23,061 bases of DNA, from positions 1 through 23,061 of the forward strand of contig JABIGM010000026.1 of NCBI GenBank assembly GCA_018650165.1, written 5' to 3'. The notes below the pieces were generated by a model that saw only the letters and a program-made list of their open reading frames with translations, was not told the DNA's origin and ran no database searches. A program made the translations under genes and the position numbers. This DNA is from Methanobacteriota archaeon (GTDB taxonomy: Archaea > Thermoplasmatota > Poseidoniia > Poseidoniales > Poseidoniaceae). Shown here one piece after another: positions 16,962 to 23,061 of this stretch; the stretch's first letter is position 1; every line of letters starts with the position of its first letter.

Positions 16962-17798
16962 TCAAGCTAAGATTCCGTTCTGATAGTCTTCAATGGCCTG
17001 AATAATCTCTTCACGGGTATTCATTACGAATGGGCCATATCGGGCAATCGGTTCCCCTATTTCTGGACCTGCAAGAATTAGAAACTCTGATTCTTGAGTG
17101 GCGTTGACTTGGACTGTTGTGCCATTGGATAAGAGTGCAAGAGACCCATCGGAAACTGATTTCCCTTCAACTTCAATTTCACCCTTGAAAACATACAGCA
17201 TACCATTAAGGTCTAGATCTAAAGCTTTGTTTAGAGTACTACCTTGTTCCATTTTAACATGAACATAGGTTATGGGGATGACAGTATCAATGGATGATTC
17301 AACGCCTAAGCATTCTCCAGCAACAACTCTTGCCCAGACTCCATCCTCTTGAGCAATTGGAGATTCTGAGGCCGAGATATCTTGATATCTCGGATTCATC
17401 ATTTTGTCTTTGGCAGGAAGGTTAACCCAGATTTGGAAACCATGCATCATACCGCCCTCTAACATCATTTTTGAAGTGGGCATTTCTGAATGAATAATTC
17501 CTTTACCTGCAGTCATCCATTGAACATCGCCGGGTGTTAGAGTCCCTTTGGCTCCAGAACTATCCTCGTGTTCCATCTCCCCTTGGAGAAGATATGTTAC
17601 CGTTTCAAAGCCACGGTGCGGATGCCATGGTGCACCTACTGCTTTTCCAGGCGCATAATCAACCGGGCCCATTTCATCAAGCAGCAAAAATGGACTCATC
17701 AAAGAACCCATGGCCGCAGGCCTTCTTACTTGGAACCCTCCTCCTTCCATTACAGTGTGAGTTGGAACGATTGTTTTGACTGACCTGACTTCTTGCAT
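16962..17798 (-). CDS. Pirin family protein (bicupin)
   Basis: Motifs PFLLLDEMGP, HPHRGFETVTY, DVQWMTAGKGIIHSE, GFQIWVNLP and GPFVMNT, with metal ligands intact. Start chosen at ATG 17798. Confidence 0.93.
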   Translation of the reverse strand: MQEVRSVKTIVPTHTVMEGGGFQVRRPAAMGSLMSPFLLLDEMGPVDYAPGKAVGAPWHPHRGFETVTYLLQGEMEHEDSSGAKGTLTPGDVQWMTAGKGIIHSEMPTSKMMLEGGMMHGFQIWVNLPAKDKMMNPRYQDISASESPIAQEDGVWARVVAGECLGVESSIDTVIPITYVHVKMEQGSTLNKALDLDLNGMLYVFKGEIEVEGKSVSDGSLALLSNGTTVQVNATQESEFLILAGPEIGEPIARYGPFVMNTREEIIQAIEDYQNGILA

Positions 17799-17884
17799 GA
17801 CTGTTCTAAACGGTCTAATGATATAGACCATTTAGTACCATGTTTGAGATTACCCATTCAATACAATATTCGAATAGATGTGAG

Positions 17885-17958
17885 CGGGCGTACGGGGATT
17901 TGAACCCCGGTAATCGGCTTAGAAGGCCGATATGATATCCAAACTACATCATACGCCC
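17885..17958 (-). tRNA. tRNA-Arg(TCT)
   Basis: Acceptor stem GGGCGTA/TACGCCC; anticodon stem TCGGC/GCCGA; anticodon TCT at 17923-17921; GGTTCAAATCC T-arm; no intron; CCA not encoded. Confidence 0.95.
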
Positions 17959-17990
17959 GACCCCACGGGCGCGAATCTCCTCTATCAGCC

Positions 17991-18479
17991 TTACAGTTGC
18001 CGAGCACACTTGTGGCATCGGTGTGGTTTGCGCACAGTAGAGCGTTTCCACTCATATCCGCAGTATGAACAGGTCCATGACTTGACTCGCGCCGTACCTA
18101 GAAATTCATCACGCTTTTCTTGGAGCATTGGGGAATCGGAAATTGAAACTCCTGGAGCAATATTGTCCACTGCATCGTGAAGTTCTTGTGAATGGGTTAG
18201 GGTACCAGATGCATGTATCAATTCATGAGCCAATGTATGTCTAAGCAAATCTGACTCTTCGATTAATCTAGGATGTAATCCAATTGTGATTTCACCAGGG
18301 TCTAGTTTGAGTCTTCTTCGACGAACTAATTCGGCGTTACCTTCCTCGAATCTAGTCATACCAAGACGGTCATCTTCAGAATCCAACCAGATGACTGAAA
18401 CCCGTTTTGATAGCCATTTTGTAAAGACATTTGTGGGTACTTGCGGAATCAATTCCGCCAACATTGTTCCCACGTTCAT
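17991..18479 (-). CDS. SprT-like zinc metallopeptidase with a C-terminal zinc ribbon
   Basis: HExxH motif in TLAHELIHASG; upstream LGMTRF and TIGLHPRL; C-terminal CSYC...CHKC. Confidence 0.75.
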   Translation of the reverse strand: MNVGTMLAELIPQVPTNVFTKWLSKRVSVIWLDSEDDRLGMTRFEEGNAELVRRRRLKLDPGEITIGLHPRLIEESDLLRHTLAHELIHASGTLTHSQELHDAVDNIAPGVSISDSPMLQEKRDEFLGTARVKSWTCSYCGYEWKRSTVRKPHRCHKCARQL

Positions 18480-18555
18480 GTTTGGCCGAGAGATTAGTCA
18501 TTGACAACTGTTATGATTGGGCGATTGATGGGCGGCTTGCTTGAAGCAGCATTTA

Positions 18556-18628
18556 GGGCGCTTAGATCAGTTGGAAGATCGCTTGAGTGGCACTCAAGAG
18601 GCCGGGGGTTCAAATCCCCCAGCGTCCA
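18556..18628 (+). tRNA. tRNA-Ala(GGC)
   Basis: Acceptor stem GGGCGCT/AGCGTCC with the G3-U70 alanine identity pair and A73; anticodon stem CTTGA/TCAAG; anticodon GGC; T-arm GGGGGTTCAAATCCCCC. Confidence 0.95.
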
Positions 18629-18736
18629 CCTCCCCCCAAACGCGATACTGAATCGCAGTTGTTTGACGCCACCCGGTTCCATTGAAAAACAGAAGACTGT
18701 TTTCGCTCACAATACAGGAAATTCTGCTAGTCATCA

Positions 18737-19846
18737 TTATCTTAGTGAGACAAACTCGGCTTTGGAGATGGCATCCAAGGATGTAATTTCTTCGCTTATA
18801 TTTTGAAATTTAGAGTCATCTAATTCAGATGCTACGCGCAATACAACTTCCACTCCAGAGTGCAGGATGTGTAGAGTAACTGCAAGTAAATCACTGGATT
18901 CATGATGTGATGACCAAATTTGCTTAATCTTTTGTTCTAAATGTGAACAGTTAGGAAGTTGGGGGGATTCAAGTTCATCATCTTCGGGGTCGATATGAAC
19001 TGTTAACTCTTTCAAAGCAGGAACAACATTCTCTACTCGCTCTACAATTCTATGAGCTATTTCATGTCCCTGTGTTACCGAAAGGTATGGATTGACTTGA
19101 GCATGGGATTCGGCATATATCTCTCCACCGATTGTTTTGGTTCTAAGTAAATGCATATCAACAACACCTCCTGTTTCACGAATCGTCTTCACCATGAGAG
19201 CATATGTATCTGAGTCTACACCAGCCTCACTAATCTCCAAGAGAGCCTCATAGACAATTTTCAGTCCAACTCTCGTAAGCATAAATGATACGACAAGAGC
19301 GGCCGCTAAATCCCCTACTGTAAATCCAAATTCTGATGCGATTAAACCTGTAAATACAACGAGCGATGAAAGAGCGTCTGTTCTGTGGTGAGCTGCATTT
19401 GCTTGCAATAGTGTATGATTGTGCTTAGCTCCTGCTCGATGGGTATAGTGATAGAGAATCTCCTTTATGATGATTGAAGCGGCTGCTGCTGCTAGCGCCA
19501 TATGACCTGGACTGGTCCACGAAGAATTATCTTGGATTCTATTGATCATCTCATATCCAAGGCCAAGGCCTGCGACTATTACCAATAATCCAACCATCAG
19601 AGATGCTAATGTTTCGTATCGACGATGGCCATACTGGTGATTATCATCTGCTTCCTGTGAACCGAATAAAATCGCTATGTAAACAACTACATCAGAGGCG
19701 AGGTCGCTTATCGAGTGTATTGCATCGGCAATCAGTGCTACACTGGCTGTAAGATAACCTACAACCCCTTTCAGACCAGCAAGAAAAACGTTGACGATGG
19801 CTCCAACCACTGTCACTCGCTTTGCAACACTATCGCGCTCGGTCAT
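18737..19846 (-). CDS. Cation diffusion facilitator (CDF) family metal transporter
   Basis: Motifs SVALIADAIHSISDLASD (HxxxD), HQYGHRRYETLASL and NAAHHRTDALSS (HxxxD); cytoplasmic domain with GHEIA and LTVHIDP; additional C-terminal domain. Confidence 0.93.
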   Translation of the reverse strand: MTERDSVAKRVTVVGAIVNVFLAGLKGVVGYLTASVALIADAIHSISDLASDVVVYIAILFGSQEADDNHQYGHRRYETLASLMVGLLVIVAGLGLGYEMINRIQDNSSWTSPGHMALAAAAASIIIKEILYHYTHRAGAKHNHTLLQANAAHHRTDALSSLVVFTGLIASEFGFTVGDLAAALVVSFMLTRVGLKIVYEALLEISEAGVDSDTYALMVKTIRETGGVVDMHLLRTKTIGGEIYAESHAQVNPYLSVTQGHEIAHRIVERVENVVPALKELTVHIDPEDDELESPQLPNCSHLEQKIKQIWSSHHESSDLLAVTLHILHSGVEVVLRVASELDDSKFQNISEEITSLDAISKAEFVSLR

Positions 19847-19990
19847 GATTGTCGCTCATTGTCATTGATAATGAACCTGTACCAATTTGATAAAATCAAT
19901 TTGAATAACAACAAAACACTTCACATTAGATACAAAATTCCATTTGTTAGAACAAAGGATAAAACTACACCCATTCAGGAATTGGTAAAG

Positions 19991-22507
19991 GTGTTAGTGT
20001 TGCTGAGCAATCGTAAGTTTCGACAGGCAATCCTTGCTTTCGTGCTAATTGCTTTGCCATCGCTATTTGTAACTGGCTCATACATAATTTCAGATTCTCC
20101 TGCTCCAAAAGAAGGAATGGAAGAAAATCCTTACCCTGAGGACCCATTAAGTGAAGGTTTGCTCTTTGTGGTAATAGATGGCGGGCGCAGGGATATGATG
20201 AGTAATCCGGAGTTTATGCCACATCTAAATTCACGTGTCGAAGAGGGGGCGTACCTGGAAATTCAAACAAATCCAATGACAATGACTGCGATTTGCGTAA
20301 AGGAATTAGCAACTGGCGTACCGTCAAGACCGAATGAAGCTTTGCAGAACTTCCATCCGACTCATCCTGGAACTCCTGATGGATGGAATTTAGCGAGCAC
20401 GCATGATGCAGATGGCGATGGCGAATATGACCACCAAGTCGGAATCCTTGGCGATTATGTTTGGAAGGACCTGTATCCCAATAGAGAACTAATTCCATTC
20501 TCCCAACACCGCTACGGCCACGCAGATTTCTATCAAGGTGATGAAGAAGCTTTTGTTACTTTGAATTCATGGCTTGGTGGAACTGTTCCTTATGGTGCTG
20601 AAAAAGCACCGAACATCATTATCGCACATATTTCTGGCCTAGATAGTGTGGGCCACCGATCTGAGGCCAAGGATTCACCAGAATATGAAGAAAAACTACG
20701 TTGGTTAGACGACAATTTAGAGATCGCATTTCAGTTAGTTCCTGATAACTGGACTGTTGTTGTAACTTCTGACCATGGTTTGACCGATACTGGACAGCAT
20801 GGTTCTCCAGAAGAGGTTGTCCGAGAGACTGCAGCATTCATGTGGGGTCCAAATATCGCACACGGAGTAACAGTAGAAGGAGTTGCACAAAGAGACCTTG
20901 CAACACTACCTTCAATACTATTCTCGCTTCCATTCCCGCACGCGATTCATGGAAGAATCCCCTTAGAGGCTTTCAGCCTTAGTGAAGAACAGCATACTGC
21001 ATACGAGCAATGGAATTGGGATGCTGCAGTCGAAAGAAATGATTGGATGGAAGAAGAAGGCCATTCGCACATTGATGGATTGAGTAAAGATAAAATCGAA
21101 TGGGACGAGTTACAGGGTGATGAAATCGGAATGAGGAATCTCGATTTAATCATCACTGTACTGGCAGTTTTATTATTCAGCGTAGTGCTTTATAGAATTA
21201 TTAACCCTACTGCAATACAATCGAAAACAGCATACAAAGCGATAGGTTTGTTTACAGTATTATTTGCATTATCTGCATTTATCTCCTACAGCAGAGATTG
21301 GCTAGCTATAATCTATTATCCGCTAGGTCTATTCGGATTATTGACCGTATTCGCTATGAATGAAAAGTCATTGAAGAAAAAAGGAGATGACGAGGTTGAT
21401 TTACGTAATTTGTGGATTATTCTAGCTGCATTTATTTTTGCAGTGATTTATCCCGAAACCCGATTTACGATTATCATGGCGCCAATTTTGGCATCTCTTT
21501 TGTTGCGTAAACAGACCTATCGTGATTTCCTTGGAGGCCCCGATTCAACTTCAAAAGTTCTCCTATATCCATTGATGCTAATTCTAATAACCGCTATTTT
21601 ATTTTCGGATTACAGAGTTTATGGCCTAGCAGTGCCTCGATTCATGGTAATGTTTACCCAATCATATGAAACTGATGCCTTGATTTGGTCTGTTGTAATT
21701 GCATTTGTTTTTACTCTAATTTATGCTACAAGGAATCGCGATTTACCATTAGTCGTAGCTATTGCAACCGCCGCTACAATGGCAACAATACCTGTAATGA
21801 TTAGCCAGAATTCTGATTATGTAGATTGGATCTTAATCTATGGATTATTATCGGGACTAGCAATTTCGATTTGTCTGAAAATTATTGGAAACAAACATTC
21901 GTTTACTGTATTCCAGTACTGTGCTTTTGCTTGGGCTACAATGAGTTGGGGTGCATGGGGCGGCGGTGTTTCGATGATATTCTTTGGTTGTGTAGAATCT
22001 CTAATGAATAAGGAATGGAGTTTCCTTAAGGATAAAAATGATAATCTGCAAGCAGAAATCGTTCGCCATATGATGTTAGGACTAATTCCAATCGGCATTT
22101 GGTTTGCATGGTGGGCATCTCTTGGCCAAACAGATGGCATTCTACACCCTCGAGACATAGACCCCGGCAATCTTTTCTTGAAAGGAGGATACATCGGAGA
22201 CCGACTCTCCCCTAGCAATACTTGGGTTGGATTCATGGGTGCAGGTCCCGTGGTACTAGTCGGCATTCTTTGGTGGAATCTCTTCCGCAAGGTCGGATGG
22301 CCATTACAGATGGCATTTGCAATTCTTATTGTGAGAATTTCTGCACTTGCAATGCAGTTATCGGTATCTCCAAATCTTCCACGTTTAGTCTTCAAAATCT
22401 CTTGGGACATGATATTTTGTCTGATGATTGTGACAGTTGTAGGATTGTATATACTTCATGAAAAGTGGTTGAACCGAGATTTCAATACAGAAACTAGTGA
22501 AGTGTGA
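19991..22507 (+). CDS. Alkaline-phosphatase-superfamily membrane phosphotransferase resembling GPI ethanolamine-phosphate transferases (PIG-O/PIG-G/PIG-N type)
   Basis: N-terminal TM. Catalytic domain motifs FVVIDGGRRD, PMTMTAICVKELATG, LGDYVWKDLYP, HISGLDSVGH, TSDHGLTDTGQHG and QRDL. More than 10 C-terminal TM segments. Start uncertain among GTG/TTG codons at 19982-20000. Confidence 0.75.
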   Translation: MLVLLSNRKFRQAILAFVLIALPSLFVTGSYIISDSPAPKEGMEENPYPEDPLSEGLLFVVIDGGRRDMMSNPEFMPHLNSRVEEGAYLEIQTNPMTMTAICVKELATGVPSRPNEALQNFHPTHPGTPDGWNLASTHDADGDGEYDHQVGILGDYVWKDLYPNRELIPFSQHRYGHADFYQGDEEAFVTLNSWLGGTVPYGAEKAPNIIIAHISGLDSVGHRSEAKDSPEYEEKLRWLDDNLEIAFQLVPDNWTVVVTSDHGLTDTGQHGSPEEVVRETAAFMWGPNIAHGVTVEGVAQRDLATLPSILFSLPFPHAIHGRIPLEAFSLSEEQHTAYEQWNWDAAVERNDWMEEEGHSHIDGLSKDKIEWDELQGDEIGMRNLDLIITVLAVLLFSVVLYRIINPTAIQSKTAYKAIGLFTVLFALSAFISYSRDWLAIIYYPLGLFGLLTVFAMNEKSLKKKGDDEVDLRNLWIILAAFIFAVIYPETRFTIIMAPILASLLLRKQTYRDFLGGPDSTSKVLLYPLMLILITAILFSDYRVYGLAVPRFMVMFTQSYETDALIWSVVIAFVFTLIYATRNRDLPLVVAIATAATMATIPVMISQNSDYVDWILIYGLLSGLAISICLKIIGNKHSFTVFQYCAFAWATMSWGAWGGGVSMIFFGCVESLMNKEWSFLKDKNDNLQAEIVRHMMLGLIPIGIWFAWWASLGQTDGILHPRDIDPGNLFLKGGYIGDRLSPSNTWVGFMGAGPVVLVGILWWNLFRKVGWPLQMAFAILIVRISALAMQLSVSPNLPRLVFKISWDMIFCLMIVTVVGLYILHEKWLNRDFNTETSEV

Positions 22508-22512
22508 ATTGG

Positions 22513-22749
22513 ATGACTGAATCACGACTTCAACGATTACTTTCTAGTAATGTCTTCAAGTCATTCCTTCTATTCGCTATTTTCCGAGCATTCTACGGAG
22601 CAGGAATACTCATTGTAACATGGTTCTTAGCAACAGAATCAGAAGGCCCTTGGTGGCTTTCTATCATATTCCTAGCGTGTTCAATGGTTTTCTCAAGGAT
22701 TCTATTCAAGTGGATAAAGAAAGGCGGTACTGCTGGAAATACCGTGTAA
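22513..22749 (+). CDS. Small two-TM hypothetical membrane protein
   Basis: ATG 5 nt after the upstream stop (alternative GTG 22504 overlaps it); two hydrophobic helices; probable operon partner of the phosphotransferase. Confidence 0.65.
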   Translation: MTESRLQRLLSSNVFKSFLLFAIFRAFYGAGILIVTWFLATESEGPWWLSIIFLACSMVFSRILFKWIKKGGTAGNTV

Positions 22750-22817
22750 TGAAGTGAATCCATACTTATCACAATTGTAGCGCTAACATCTATCTATTGC
22801 TAAAACCTCGCAATAGC

Positions 22818-23061
22818 ATGGCGAATCCTTCTAAAGTGTGGGTTGTGATATTTTTATCTGTTCTTATGATAGGAATGACTCAAAATTCATACGTGAATAA
22901 TGATGAACAATTTGTCAATGAAATTTCGGATTCTAATAATATCAGTTCTAACTCATCACCACTCAATCTTAGTACAGGATTTAATCCAAAAACGTTCGTA
23001 GATGATGCAAAATTCTTTGACAGCGTCAGGGCGGAATCTGTATCAGTTGGGTTCTATAATT
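22818..23061 (+). CDS. Secreted hypothetical protein, 5' part; runs off the window end
   Basis: Open frame from ATG 22818 to the window end: MANPSKVWVVIFLSVLMIGMTQNSYVNNDEQFVNEISDSNNISSNSSPLNLSTGFNPKTF... Signal-peptide-like start and N-glycosylation sequons. Confidence 0.7.
   Translation, partial: MANPSKVWVVIFLSVLMIGMTQNSYVNNDEQFVNEISDSNNISSNSSPLNLSTGFNPKTFVDDAKFFDSVRAESVSVGFYN

Noticed and set aside
17885-18628. Integrated element bounded by tRNA genes
   Set aside because: No integrase or transposase, no duplicated tRNA 3' end (att site), and the flanking genes look like ordinary chromosomal genes.
19715-19990. Long N-terminal extension of the phosphotransferase ORF
   Set aside because: Overlaps the divergent CDF gene start and an AT-rich intergenic stretch; the signal-anchor helix starts only after about 20000.
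1-23061. CRISPR array or long tandem repeats
   Set aside because: No regularly spaced direct repeats were seen anywhere in the window.

Overview
Gene-dense archaeal chromosomal window. Markers include a group II chaperonin, Hef helicase-nuclease, archaeal L41e/eS32, an intron-containing tRNA and GAGGTGA-type Shine-Dalgarno sites. The gene content and protein style suggest Marine Group II Euryarchaeota (Ca. Poseidoniales); this is inference, not a database result. In order: 5' end of rpl3 with a long hairpin-rich upstream region; Hef; an HdrB/SdhE-like CCG protein; a ferredoxin-flavodoxin-SdhB-like fusion; thermosome; a ~1100-aa surface protein; two unknown membrane proteins; a PLP aminotransferase; an S8 protease; tRNA-Trp with a 109-nt intron; rpl41e (absent from the ORF track); pirin; tRNA-Arg; a SprT-like peptidase; tRNA-Ala; a CDF transporter; a PIG-O/PIG-G-like membrane phosphotransferase; a small membrane protein; and a partial secreted protein. 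No mobile element or CRISPR array was seen. Best novel candidate: a two-gene module (3206-6046) whose SdhB-like and HdrB/SdhE-like parts keep their folds but have lost almost all Fe-S cysteine ligands, while the SdhB-like part is fused to an intact flavodoxin and an intact single-cluster ferredoxin. Second candidate: an archaeal protein with the motif series of eukaryotic GPI ethanolamine-phosphate transferases.
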